Of a stretch of 64,000 nt of DNA, positions 41,410 to 53,900 are shown piece by piece (the first letter of the stretch is position 1; each line of letters opens with the position of its first letter). The notes beneath the pieces are model-generated. The model searched no databases. It was given only the letters and a program-made list of their open reading frames with translations, and had not been told where the DNA came from. Origin of the DNA: Geosiphon pyriformis uo1 (Eukaryota; Fungi; Glomeromycota); NCBI GenBank assembly GCA_016748015.1, contig JAAOMT010000495.1:85526-149525 (forward strand). The letters run 5' to 3'. Both the position numbers and the translations under genes were made by a program.

Positions 41410-44400
41410 TTGTATAGAGAATTATCACAATACACTACAAAAGAAGTAGCAGTAATAGCCGCAACTATTGTCAAAATCCATCGAGAAATTGAGCAATACG
41501 CCAACGAAAATTTTCCAATATCCACAGGAAACACTAGGGAACGTGCCAACAAAACCAAAGAAAATTTAGAAACTAATCAGGAAAGTAACCAGCAAAAACT
41601 AGAAACACCAGCTCAAACACCAAAGAAAACTGTCACTCAATCAATAAAAAAACAACATATTTATTCACCAGAAGATAAATCATACCATTTTTCACCAGAA
41701 AATAAGATACAAATTCCATTAGGAGCTGCATCATCATCAACATCAACTCCACAAATGCCAAGAACTCCTAGTTATATTGATAAAATTAAACAACGTAACT
41801 GGGGAGACATACCAATTACAGGAGGATATTCATCACTATTCCAAAACCCTCTTTTTCAGCCAAAATTTAGAACGGGGTTTGAAAACCATGAAGAGGAGTC
41901 TGAATCAGAATCCGAAAAAGAGACCAGCAAAAAAACAATCACAAAACCAGTCACTGGAACAAGCAGCCAGTCCAGAAACCAAGAAACTCGTGATCAAGAG
42001 AAAGAACTGGATATAAGAGAAGCCACCTTTAGGAATGCTCAAGGAAATATCATCCCACTTTCTCTTAGACCAATAAACCCACCAGCAGAAAACGGCAACA
42101 AAATGACCACACCATACATTGCAAGACTAACAGATTTCTCAGGAGAGGAAGAAGAAACGGATGTGCACACATGGCTCAGAGAAGCACAAAAAGCCATCCA
42201 GGCAAATAACTGGAACGACCAAAGAGCAATTCAAATATTACCTTTCTTCCTGAAAGGCACAGCCGACTTGTGGTATCAAAGCCTGGAAACAAAACCCACG
42301 AGCTTCGCCGAATTTAAAAATGCACTCCTGGAGTATTTTAGCGACCCAAACACCGTAATCCAACTACAGAACGAATTCAATACTATCAAGCAAAATATCG
42401 GTGAAACTGTCACCCAATATCTTGCTCGATTCAATCGAATTTGCCGTCAGATTGAAGCGATTGAACAAGGATACTACACTGATCCTCAGGTTTTAAATCA
42501 GTTTATTAGAGGATTAAAAAGCAGCATTTTAGGAAGAGTATGCCCTGCCCACTCTAATTCCTTACCAGAAGCCGTTACGCTCGCCAGAGCTCTTGAATCG
42601 GCTGAGAAAGAAGCTAACCATAGTCAAATGGTTAACATGATAATGGAGGAAAATAAGACAGAAATATTAGAGAAAAGAGTAACACGATTAGGGGAGGAAC
42701 TCTCTAAGAAAATAGAAAGTTACCTTATCCTGGATCCGAGAAAAAATACATACCAACCACCCCAAAGACGCAGCCAGGAAGTCAGCGACAGTCGAAATAA
42801 TTGCTCGTCACACCAGGAATTCAGAACAGAAACACGCGCCTGCCATTTTTGCAAATGCATAGGACATTTGATTAGTCAATGTCGAACGCGAATGATGCAG
42901 GAAGCACGTGAAAATAATTACTACACGCCACCCCAAATGCCCAGAAACCAGTACACGCCAATACCACGCCAATATTCCACCACGTATCAAAATCAAGGAG
43001 CTTACCAGCAACAGCCCATGATAACCAACCCGAATTGGCGTCCCGAGGCCCGAAATCAGCCCATGTGGAACCAGAACGCGTTGGTCCAAAGGAATCCAAA
43101 CCGCGCCGGAACCAATCAGCAAACCAATCCAAACTACCAAAATTATCAACAAACTTACCTTAATATACCGGAAAACCTGATCATCGGAAACAATGACGGT
43201 AGAAACATAAACAGAATCAAGAATTCCTCCAAATTGAGCCAGACAATACCACCAGCAGTTGCCACCGAAGATAGCAGCCTTGCAGCTATTTTTCCTTTTG
43301 AATTAGAGGAAAACGAGGCTATGTTTAGTGGAGCAGCATTGGACGAAAAACGCCCAATCACTGCTATGTATACGGAAGCCACTGTAAACAATACCCCAAT
43401 CAAACTTATCTTAGACAGCGGATCTGCTGGAAGCATCGTAACACTTCAACTAGTAAACCAACTGGGTTTCAAAGTTGATTGTGCCGCAACGTCCCAAATC
43501 ATAACAGCCGATAGAAGTACAAAGCTGTCTTATGGCGAAATCGACTCATTCCCTTTCGAAATTAACGGCATAGTAATACCTACAAAAGTATTAGTAATGG
43601 ACGCTACACAATATCAAGTGTTAGTAGGGAATGACTGGCTAACAAAAGCCAATGCCACCCTAGACTGGACCACCCAAGAGCTTCTGATCAATTATAATAG
43701 CCACCAGGCCAAAATTCCAGCCACCTGTGGCCACTTCCAAAAACCCAGCGCCAACCAAAGACCTACCTTCAAATTTGAGGAAAATCCAGCACTACCAGCC
43801 ATCGAAACCTATCAGCTCTCTTGGGCTGATGACCAAAGAACAGGACTACCAGCCGTACCAACGTGGACCAGCAAAGAAAGATCCGAATGGAACCAGGTAA
43901 GTTCACAAAGAAACCACCAGCGATGCAAACCAAAGCTAGAATGCTCAGTTTGCAAAAAGAAACTCTCGTCTATGACTGCGTGCAGCACACCGGAAGAAGA
44001 TCCAAGAAACCCCACCCACTACTATTGTAACCGTTGTAACAAAGAAAAATACGGTTACCCAGAAAGACACGGAAAATGGGACGAGGAACCGTGCCTCACT
44101 TGTGGAGAACCGTTACCAAGAGGGTGCGACTGGAACGATTTATCAGGCAGAGGAGGAATGTGTGACGCAACTTGCCAATACATGATCCTCATCTGTGACT
44201 GGGTAAGAGGAGGAACGCCATTCGAAGCAGCGTTCAACAGAGCGTTAAAAAGACTACAGCACTACCCACACGACGAGGACAAGTTGTACAACACCGCACA
44301 AGCCAAAGTAAAAGAAGGAACCACCGAAGAAATACGACGTTGGAAAGAGTCAGCCAAAGTAGTCGACGAAGTCACCAGCTACAACATGTTCGACCCAGTG

Positions 44401-45888
44401 GACGAATTCCAGGACTACTACCAACAACTATGCCCCACTCGACAAGAGCAAGAACAATACCTCGCCCAAATCAACACTTACCTCTGCGAAAACTGTCTCA
44501 TCCCGTGCCAAAGTCAGTGCTGTAAAGAGTGTCAAGACGAAAGGGACTTAGAAAGAAAAATGGAAATTAAGAATCAGCAGTCTCAAAATCAATCAATAAA
44601 TCAACAAGACTCACCTGACAGTCCCGAGTCAGAAAAATTTGTAGCCTATACCGACCTAGAACAGGTGACCGACATCCGATACTTCGACAACGGGCACTTA
44701 GGAATAATACCCGAAAGAGCCCATCCAACTGACGCCGGATTCGATCTACGTTATCCGGAAGACCAATCCACAACATTACCACCCAGGAGCATCACCAAAA
44801 TCGACCTAAAANNNNNNNNNNNNNNNNNNNNACAGCAACAATTAAAAGCATTAATTTTAAAATACTCTGATATATTTTCAAGAAATGGCGAATTTGGAAG
44901 AACCAACTTGGTTCAACACCAAATCCCCACTGGAGACGCCAGACCTGAAAAACAATGCGCTTACCGTGTCCCACCAATGGAGCATAATTTTATCAGAGAA
45001 GAAGTCCAAAGCATGTTGGAAAAAGGAATAATACAACCATTAATGAGCCCATGGTCCTCACCAGTTGTTTTAGTAAGGAAAAAGAACGGAAAAATTAGAT
45101 TTTGCGTCAACTATTGCAAACTAAACAGCAAAACAACCAAAGACTCATACCCAATACCATTAATTGACGAAATCTTCGACGTTTTAGGAGGAGCAAAAAC
45201 AACAGAATTATTAAGACCAATAAAAGTTGGACAGCCATTTGACAGAATTGGAATTGATTTAGTTGGACCTTTACCAATAACAACAAGAAACAACCATTAT
45301 ATTGCAGTAGCCATGGACTATCTCACCAAATGGCCAGAAGCTAGAGCTATTAAAACAGCTGATGCTATTTCTGTAGCTCAATTCGTACATGAAGACTTAA
45401 TTTGCCAACATGGATGTCCACAAGAATTGCTATCAGATCAAGGCACACACTTTGTAAACAGCACCTTAAAAGAACTTAGCCAAAAATTTGGAATCAAGCG
45501 ACCACTGTCATCACCATACCACCCTCAAACAAATGGATTAGTTGAAAGATTTAATCGCATATTATGCGAATCACTGGCGAAAATTAGTAACAAACATGAA
45601 AAAGAATGGGATTTGTTTATACCAGCAGTACTATTAGCATATAGAACAGTAAAACAAGATATTACACAATTCACACCATTTGAACTAGTTTATGGAAGAA
45701 AAGCCACATTATCCGTTGAACTTACTATCCCAACTTATCCGAGTGACACTATCACAGAAGCAACATTCCAGGAAACACTACTTAGAAGAACATACGAATT
45801 AATGGGAACTTTAGAAAACAAAAGAAGAAAAGCAGCACAAAATATTGAACAATCACAAGAACAACAAAAAGTGAGACATGATAACTAG
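41410..45888 (+). CDS. Gag-Pol (capsid, CCHC, aspartic protease, Cys-rich domain, partial dUTPase, RT N-terminus, integrase core); spans an assembly gap
   Basis: FSGEEEETDVHTWL..LKGTADLWY (gag); CHFCKCIGHLISQC; LILDSGSAGS (protease); SPWSSPVVLVRKKNGKIRFCVNY (RT start); PFDRIGIDLVGP..SDQG..PQTNGLVERFN (IN); WDGPF motif just past a CAG>TAG stop. Confidence 0.88.
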   Translation: MYRELSQYTTKEVAVIAATIVKIHREIEQYANENFPISTGNTRERANKTKENLETNQESNQQKLETPAQTPKKTVTQSIKKQHIYSPEDKSYHFSPENKIQIPLGAASSSTSTPQMPRTPSYIDKIKQRNWGDIPITGGYSSLFQNPLFQPKFRTGFENHEEESESESEKETSKKTITKPVTGTSSQSRNQETRDQEKELDIREATFRNAQGNIIPLSLRPINPPAENGNKMTTPYIARLTDFSGEEEETDVHTWLREAQKAIQANNWNDQRAIQILPFFLKGTADLWYQSLETKPTSFAEFKNALLEYFSDPNTVIQLQNEFNTIKQNIGETVTQYLARFNRICRQIEAIEQGYYTDPQVLNQFIRGLKSSILGRVCPAHSNSLPEAVTLARALESAEKEANHSQMVNMIMEENKTEILEKRVTRLGEELSKKIESYLILDPRKNTYQPPQRRSQEVSDSRNNCSSHQEFRTETRACHFCKCIGHLISQCRTRMMQEARENNYYTPPQMPRNQYTPIPRQYSTTYQNQGAYQQQPMITNPNWRPEARNQPMWNQNALVQRNPNRAGTNQQTNPNYQNYQQTYLNIPENLIIGNNDGRNINRIKNSSKLSQTIPPAVATEDSSLAAIFPFELEENEAMFSGAALDEKRPITAMYTEATVNNTPIKLILDSGSAGSIVTLQLVNQLGFKVDCAATSQIITADRSTKLSYGEIDSFPFEINGIVIPTKVLVMDATQYQVLVGNDWLTKANATLDWTTQELLINYNSHQAKIPATCGHFQKPSANQRPTFKFEENPALPAIETYQLSWADDQRTGLPAVPTWTSKERSEWNQVSSQRNHQRCKPKLECSVCKKKLSSMTACSTPEEDPRNPTHYYCNRCNKEKYGYPERHGKWDEEPCLTCGEPLPRGCDWNDLSGRGGMCDATCQYMILICDWVRGGTPFEAAFNRALKRLQHYPHDEDKLYNTAQAKVKEGTTEEIRRWKESAKVVDEVTSYNMFDPVDEFQDYYQQLCPTRQEQEQYLAQINTYLCENCLIPCQSQCCKECQDERDLERKMEIKNQQSQNQSINQQDSPDSPESEKFVAYTDLEQVTDIRYFDNGHLGIIPERAHPTDAGFDLRYPEDQSTTLPPRSITKIDLKXXXXXXXQQQLKALILKYSDIFSRNGEFGRTNLVQHQIPTGDARPEKQCAYRVPPMEHNFIREEVQSMLEKGIIQPLMSPWSSPVVLVRKKNGKIRFCVNYCKLNSKTTKDSYPIPLIDEIFDVLGGAKTTELLRPIKVGQPFDRIGIDLVGPLPITTRNNHYIAVAMDYLTKWPEARAIKTADAISVAQFVHEDLICQHGCPQELLSDQGTHFVNSTLKELSQKFGIKRPLSSPYHPQTNGLVERFNRILCESLAKISNKHEKEWDLFIPAVLLAYRTVKQDITQFTPFELVYGRKATLSVELTIPTYPSDTITEATFQETLLRRTYELMGTLENKRRKAAQNIEQSQEQQKVRHDN

Positions 45889-46214
45889 TTACCAGATAAT
45901 ATAATTAGCTACAAAATTGGAGATAAAATATTGTTGCATCGTACAAAAATGGAAAAACAGTGGAGTGGAAAATTTGATCACAAGTGGGATGGACCATTTT
46001 ATATTCACAAAATACTTGAAAATAGAACATACAAGCTAAGACTAAATGATAAAATATTAAGAAAAGCAGCACATGGTAACCGGCTGAAATTCTATTACAG
46101 TAAACCAGTAATAACAACAAAAANNNNNNNNNNNNNNNNNNNNAAAACTGTCTCATCCCGTGCCAAAGTCAGTGCTGTAAAGAGTGTCAAGACGAAAGGG
46201 ACTTAGAAAGAAAA

Positions 46215-46817
46215 ATGGAAATTAAGAATCAGCAGTCTCAAAATCAATCAATAAATCAACAAGACTCACCTGACAGTCCCGAGTCAGAAAAATTTGTAGC
46301 CTATACCGACCTAGAACAGGTGACCGACATCCGATACTTCGACAACGGGCACTTAGGAATAATACCCGAAAGAGCCCATCCAACTGACGCCGGATTCGAT
46401 CTACGTTATCCGGAAGACCAATCCACAACATTACCACCCAGGAGCATCACCAAAATCGACCTAAAAATAGCAGTTGAAATTCCGCCAGGAATAATGGTTC
46501 AAATGGCGTCGCGATCAAGCCTCGCAAAAAAAGGAATAAGTGTTCAAGGAGGAGTAATTGACTCCGGATACACTGGAAATTTGATGGTTTTGCTACAGAA
46601 CAATTCAGAAAAGCCTTATACCATTGAATCTAAGGAAAAGATTGCACAAGCAATTTTCCTACCATTGGTAAAAATTGGGAAATTCATGCCAGTGGAAAAT
46701 TGTGAGGAATTGTCACAAACAACGAGAGGAACTTTTGGTTTCGGATCGACAGGAAAAGGAATTGAAGCGAATTTCGCTGAAACAATAGAGGAAAAAGGCG
46801 AAGTAATTAAAAATGAG
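46215..46817 (+). CDS. Trimeric dUTPase domain of the gypsy Pol
   Basis: All five motifs present: DAGFDL, RSSLAKKG, GVIDSGYTG, IAQ, RGTFGFGSTG; the first part is identical to 44489-44811, placing it in frame after the protease and Cys-rich domain. Confidence 0.95.
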
Positions 46818-47349
46818 NNNNNNNNNNNNNNNNNNNNAAAAAGTGAGACATGATAACCAGTTACCAGATAATATAATTAGCTACAAAATTGGAGATAAAG
46901 TATTGTTGCATCGTACAAAAATGGAAAAACAGTGGAGTGGAAAATTTGATCACAAGTGGGATGGACCATTTTATATTCACAAAATACTTGAAAATAGAGC
47001 ATACAAGCTAAGACTAGATGATAAAATATTAAGAAAAGCAGCACATGGTAACCGGCTGAAATTCTATTACAGTAAACCAGTAATAACAACAAAAACACCC
47101 AGAATTGGAACACAATTACCTTTAATTCTACCAGAACAAATTCCACGAGATTTAGAACCAATAGTTTTAATTGAACATTATTCAAAAAGATAATTAATCT
47201 TAGATTACAGCAAAAATGATTTAACAACCATAAAAACACATGCAAAAGATTCCAAAATAACATTCAAAATTAAAACAATGATACTTATTCCAGAAAACAT
47301 CAACAATATAACTCAACAATTAGTTGAAANNNNNNNNNNNNNNNNNNNN

Positions 47350-47904
47350 TTTTATCCAACAAACTCCACTTTAAATCATACTTTCAAATTAAATATCCCA
47401 AGAAACCTTTAAAATCAAAAAGAAATGAAAAAGAATATTTAAAACGGAACTATCACAACTCAAAGTATTAAGAAACTTACTTGTATTATTTATTGAATGA
47501 AACTATCATTCATCAACTGAATCCCTTGGAAGAATAATCCTTGATCAAGATTATTCACGTTGTTACTAATTGATAAAAGCTTTATTGTGAGAATTAGAAA
47601 AGCACTAAAGATCATTAACATTCTGTGTTTCTAGATTAGAGAAACACATTAGGCAATTGCAAGGATAGCCTCAGAGAAGACCCCAGACAGTGGGTAGATT
47701 TCAGTTCAGCCTCTGAGAAGGAGTACATAAACACACACAACAATCAAGAATTAAAGAATAACTTACATCGCAACAGTAAAAAGAAAGCCTTCAGTGTAAC
47801 AGTAACATTATTACACAAATAGAACTGAGGAACTCACGAAAGACTGATTGCAATTAAAGCGGGATATCAGCAATTAAATATAACAAGAAAACCATCCCAT
47901 AACA
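47350..47904 (+). repeat. 3' LTR (5' part lost in an N gap)
   Basis: Aligns with the solo LTR at 10340-10884 and with the 5' LTR. Confidence 0.9.
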
Positions 47905-50900
47905 GCGTGTATCTGCTGTGGGCTTGCTAGTGTGGCCAGTGGCCATGTGTGAATCAGGATGCCATACCAGTGAGAAGTAAGACCAATCAATGTCTGCAAA
48001 CAAACTGGCAGGCAGAAATTTAGAACCAGAACTAATCTCCTAGTGCACACGACTAATGGAACAAAAAATATCATGAACAAAATGCCTAGAATTGCCAGAA
48101 ACAGCCCCACCATCTGCCAACAAGAAGCATGCATGCAATTGAGAAAGAAAGAACCAGCCTGAGTGAGAAGAAGCCCCAGCTATAGCATCAGCACGTTCAT
48201 TTCCAATCACACCAGAATGATCTTTCACTTTGTGTCATTCAACCATCAAATTTTTGCTACAAATAATGTTTACAATATGCTGGCGTTTGATCCAACAACA
48301 GTTGTGAAAATCTGGATGCACTAGACCCAATTCCAACTTGCAGGCATCCAGAGCAGCTTGACTATCAGAGAACAGACGAACAGAACTAGAACGGGGGACA
48401 CACTCCAGTGCTAGTGCAATAGCTTGCATTTCTGCCAAAGTAGAAGACAGCAGACCTGAAACTCCAACACCCAAACCCAGATCAATGTTACTGAAAAAAA
48501 CACCAGCTCCAGCCGTGCAATTCTCAGTACCAAGGTTTGTCAGAGACTCATCCGTATAAATAGAAATGCTACTAGGAAGTACTTGGGAAAGCTGATCACA
48601 AACCAACACAAAGCCAGGAAAGGTGAAAATACTCTAAAGACCCACATTAGCCAAAGCAGAAGAAGGGGCACAAGGAGAGGATGTATTAGACAGAAACTTA
48701 ACAGAAAGCATGAACCACTTAGGAGTTGGTCCACAGGGGTCCAACCTCTTCCACCGCTTGAATTTGTACCAGTTAAACATGGCACCATGATGATTACAGA
48801 GTTGGTCAACAAAGGTGATGCCATATCACTGGAGTGAAGGAAGGAACTTGACAAATCTAGACTCACTGAGAACAGTAGACATGGGTACCCCACTACAAAG
48901 CCAAAATGGACTATCAAAAGAACCACTCAAAGATAAATTGCAATCGAGGAGAACACAAACAACACCCATTAAGAAATTGTTCAAAGAGCTGACTTGAACA
49001 CAAACAGGAACACTCAAAGAATGAACAAAGCGCCAGCTTGAAACTTATAAGTCATAAGACCTGTGGGTGAATAGGCAACCCAAGATTTCCACTGAGTTTG
49101 CAAAACAAATAAGGAAAGCAACTTTACTCTCTGATTGAATCTGGATGAAAGATTTCAACTCATAGAATGAAGGGTGATGGATCGTGTCACTAAGAAAATC
49201 AAGAGGTAATCCAGACTTGGATTTTAAGCCCTTATGAATCAAAGCATCCCACTTATTACACACATTGATAGGAACAAAACTAAACTGAGTCCTATAACCA
49301 ATGATGGGGTGGAGGACAGCCGACACTAAATATAGAAATTGTTTGTCCAATACAGCCTTTCTTAGAACCAAGTTGATAAACAAATGAACATCCGAATGAG
49401 TCTTTGCCAGGCTGGGCTTTGACAGTCCTTCAGATGACACAAAGATACCCAGATAATGATGTAATTTGCCTGATTTAGCTATTGAAATAGGGAATCCACT
49501 GATGAAAAGAGAGGGTGCGCTAGCACGGCTATTAATTGGAATGGCCACTGTCTTATCATTATTAATTGAAATATCATTGATGTGAAAAAACTCACTAGCC
49601 ACATCAAGAATGTGTTGAGTGGCAGTCTGACTGCTACTCACCCAAATCATATCGTCTACAAAAGTGCCAGCAGTGAAGAAAGATGACATACCAGCCCGAG
49701 ACTCCACATGGCCCATCTTAGCAACGAAATGAGAATTTAACCTGTAACCACACACACTCTCCTGCCTCTTAATTTCGCACAAGAGAGGATCATAAAATAT
49801 ACGCCAAAGAAGAGGCAAAAACACCTTCCCTTGGTTCAAGCCATTGTGTACATAATAACCATTTGTCAACCCAAAATCAGTCATAACCCGGTTGGTGCGA
49901 CCACCATGAATATTCCCAAAAAACCTAATAAACCTGTAGCACATTTTTATTCTAACCAAACTTTTCTTAAAATAATCCCAACTGACTAAGTCATACACTT
50001 TCTGCATGTCTTGTAAAACCAGCCAGAGCTCCCAGTTTTTTTCAAGAGCATCTTCGATCACCAAACCAATCGCAAAAATGGGAGACTGAGTTGTAGTGCC
50101 TTTGAGAACTGAAAAATTGTCCCCATGAAGAATGTCAAACTTGCTACATGCCAAAGAGATCCTATCAGAGAGAATCTTAGAAAAAATTTTTTAGGCCATC
50201 TCAATCAGAGCAATAGGACGAGTATTTGTGAGCACGCCCTTCCATTTATAAGGTTTGGGAATCATCGACACCCAGACTTCCTTCCAAGCACTGGGCACAG
50301 ACTCACCACAAAGACAAGAATTAAAAAGCACCAAGAGCATATTAAATACAGATTTGTCACAGTGCTTCCAAAGTTTATTGGAGATGTCTGAGAGACCAGT
50401 GGCCTTCCCGTCAGGTAGGTTAAAGACCACGCCAGACATTTCATTAAAACTAACACAACTCATTATATCTAAAAAAGTGCCATCAAACATGTAATCCAAA
50501 GGCCGATATTGGTAAGACCAATTTTCCGAAATATCAAGAACCACTTCACGTTTGCGAGTCCACCCCTCCATAATCTCATCCACTTTCTTTTTAACATGAT
50601 CAGATTCCAAATACAGCTCATCACCAATGACCAAATAATCCAAAACCACCTTGCAAAAAGGCCTCTCCAAGACACTTCTAATAGTATGACCCTTGTTAGA
50701 TTCAAAGCTTTCCATCCTCTTATCAATAGCAGATCTGATTTGTGAATCTTCAGCACGTTTTGATTCCGACAACTTTGAGGCACAATAAGACTTCCTGGCT
50801 TTGGATAGAGCTGAACAAATGTCATCAAAAGGAGACTTTGAGAGAAAAAGAGACCTCACTACAGCAGCACCAGCAGAATCAAGTGATTTCCAAGTATCAA

Positions 50901-53900
50901 GCAGCAATATGAACACATCACAATCAACAGAACAGGAAGTCTTGACCAACTTGGACACCAAAAGTTCTAACTTATGGAACCTGGACGAATGCTTAGTGAA
51001 AATGCCATCATAACTTTTAAACCATTTTTTCCTGAAAACTTCACTTGCTGAAAAGCTCACTGTTTTTCGAACAGCATCCCACATCGCATCCAAATCCAAC
51101 AGTTCTCTGGCAGCCAAGAAATCATCAGAAAACATGGCAGCATTTACTGCCATGGCCTCTCTGAATCTCAACTACAAGGCAGCACTAGCATTCTTAAAAT
51201 TGTACTTTCAACAATCTCTATTGGCCTGCTTGCGAACAGAACACAAATGTGTATCCAAGAGACCACCTAAACCAATCAACACAGAAACGGCTTGATGGTC
51301 AGTATCAAAGAAGTCAGACACATCCAGAACATCACAATCTACAATAGCATTGACCAAATTGGGAGACACAAAAAGATAGTCAATTGTTTTCGTCACACTC
51401 CAGGAATTACTCCATGTTAGAACTTTCACAAATGAACTACCAACAAGAGAGTTGACCAGACCCAAGCTACCACACTTTCTGAAACTGGTGCTTCTATGCA
51501 AACTATCTTCATTGAAGTCACCACTTAAGACCACAAAGGACGATTTATTCACAGCACTAGCAATCAAAGCATTCACATCATCGGCCTGAGAGAAGTGCAC
51601 AGAAGCCAATGCGCCAGCATACAGACCCAAAATAGAAACTGAAAGCTTATTCCTAAAAAGTAACTTGACAGAAATAAGATGACCAGAGATCTCAGAAACT
51701 TTGCACATGTGTTTGGCCAGAGAATTGTTCATAACAATTGCCACACCAAAACCAAGATGACCAAAATTCAAACCAAAAACAAAGACCCGAACACCATCGA
51801 ATTTGCTAGCAATCCAAGGCCAAACCTTATCTTTTAGCTTTGTCTCAGTAACAATTGAAACTAAATTGTTTATATTTCTGTGCCAACATATAATGTCCTC
51901 TTGCTTTGCTAAATTGTTCATTCCTCTAACATTACACATGACTATTTTCCACACTAAATCATTCATTGGGGTGCAAAAGAGACTGCAGAACCTGAGCCAG
52001 CACACATCTGATCTAACTTCTCCAATACCGAACAAACTGAAGCTTCGAGAGCCACCAACTTTGACTCCAAGCAGCCCACTTTTGAAGTCAGTATTTTTGA
52101 ACTACTTGAACCCAAACTTGAGGCACCAAAGGAAACCAGAAAAGGAGAAATAACCACAGAATTAGGTTCATCCAAAACCATATCCAAACCAAATTTCATA
52201 TCAACCAAACCAGGGGCAACCAAGGGTTAAGAAGAGGAGGCGAGAGCCAAGGGCACCAAGCTTAAACTGTCAAGTTTGTTAATAATACCAGACAGCTTAT
52301 CTGTAAGAAGTTCCAAAGAGCGCTCCAAAGAAGCGAGACAAGTTTCCAAAATCAAACCAACAGGATCCGTGAGAGACAAGTGACCAACCAAATCAGTGGT
52401 GCCAGAAGAAGAGTCAAAACCAGGACCAGAACCAAAGTGAAGACCATTAGACGAAGATGCTAAAGAGACAACCTGGGCCCATGATTTGCCACCAAACACA
52501 GCCGGTCTGGAAATAGGCACACACTTTTTCACATATAACTTGGTCAACTGAAGGCGGGTCTCATCAGAGACAATTTTTTTAAATGACTTGGAAAGTTTAG
52601 GAGAATGTAAGATCTCAGCATCACACTCTAAAACAGAATGACCAAGTTTCCCATACCGCTCACACCAAACCAGGTCCTATCTAACCCAAGAGAGTTTCAC
52701 CCCACCAAAAACAGGCTCAGTACAAAATGCAGACTCCAAATTCTTGTTATTCTCAAAACAAACTACAGCACAATAAACCCTATTGCCAGCATCCAAAGAT
52801 CAATTTATGACATAAGTTTTCCCACTAGCCCCTGCCAAAAGATTGCCAAGATCATGAGCCATTGTTCCCACCGGCAAAGTAAACAAAAGTGCCCTATACT
52901 GATCTCTAGATGCCCACATTTCACGATCTTTTACAGCTTTGGCCATGCACACTGAATTTTTTCTAATTAAGAAAGATCATTTAGCTGCCAACTGATCTGC
53001 CTGACTTGATTCGGCAAACTCCACCACAGCCTTCTGCGACAGCCCAATTAACTGAACTTTGATAGACACAATTTGACCATACTTGGATACTGCGGTGATG
53101 ATCATTTCTTTTGGCGTGTTCATGGGAATTTTCTTTATTACTACAGCCTGATCTGAATGAACTCCTTGTCTCTTAAGATCAGTGTTTACGATAATCCCAT
53201 TTTCCCTGGCCAATGGTGCGGTCTTTTTCATGCTCTCAGATGAAGTAAATGTTGATCTGATGATCTCTTCAAATTTTGAGGGGGTAGTGGCCCCCCAAAA
53301 CCATTGATACTTGAAAATAATTTTCTAATGACCTGAGTTTTAGCCATTGCTGATTTTTCTTTTACAGCCGAAAGATTGATGTCCAAAGCAAAAGATTTTT
53401 TTACAGCCACTTCCACCTGAGTTTTAATGATTTTGGGATCAATCCACACCTTATCCAAAGAAAAAGACTTACAGAAGGGAAAAGAAACCTCTTTTTCCTC
53501 CTCCATATCAAAATTAATAGAGCCAAGGAGGGAGCCAACAATCACACCATTATTGAAATGCTTGGCTTGAGGTGTATTCATCTTAAAATCAGATACTCCT
53601 TTACCTTCGGAAGCCTCCCCATCAGTATCCATGCTGTTAAACTGCCTGACCACTTGACCAGATTCACTACCTTTAAAAGCCACATCATTACTTAATAGCT
53701 TAGCACCACCAGGAGGTTTCTTGACCTTATGACTTGAACCACTACTAACTAAACCAGAAGTTGGAATTCTGGACGACCTTTTTTTAGCACCAGTACCACT
53801 CATGGGAGCAGCCAGGTCAACAACAAAAGGATTTGTTTCTTGTAAAGTGATGGAAGACAGTATGAAATAGCAGAAAAAACTTCTTTTGAAATATACTTTT

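Larger units (their letters stand above)
40711..47904 (+). mobile_element. Ty3/gypsy LTR retrotransposon with dUTPase
   Basis: TGTTACA at 40711, CATAACA at 47904, 4-bp TSD GCAT/GCGT; removal restores the LINE frame (ADTRSFFMKAL); LTR segment 40908-41141 matches the last 234 bp of the 3' LTR; domain order gag-PR-RT-IN. Confidence 0.95.

Noticed and set aside
42808-45293. Antisense ORFs over gag-pol
   Set aside because: Short, with no motifs; expected shadows of a long coding frame
46144-47094. Apparent tandem duplication of the dUTPase and the integrase tail
   Set aside because: Each piece is bounded by uniform 20-N gaps and overlaps earlier sequence; most likely scaffolded contigs from several copies rather than a real duplication
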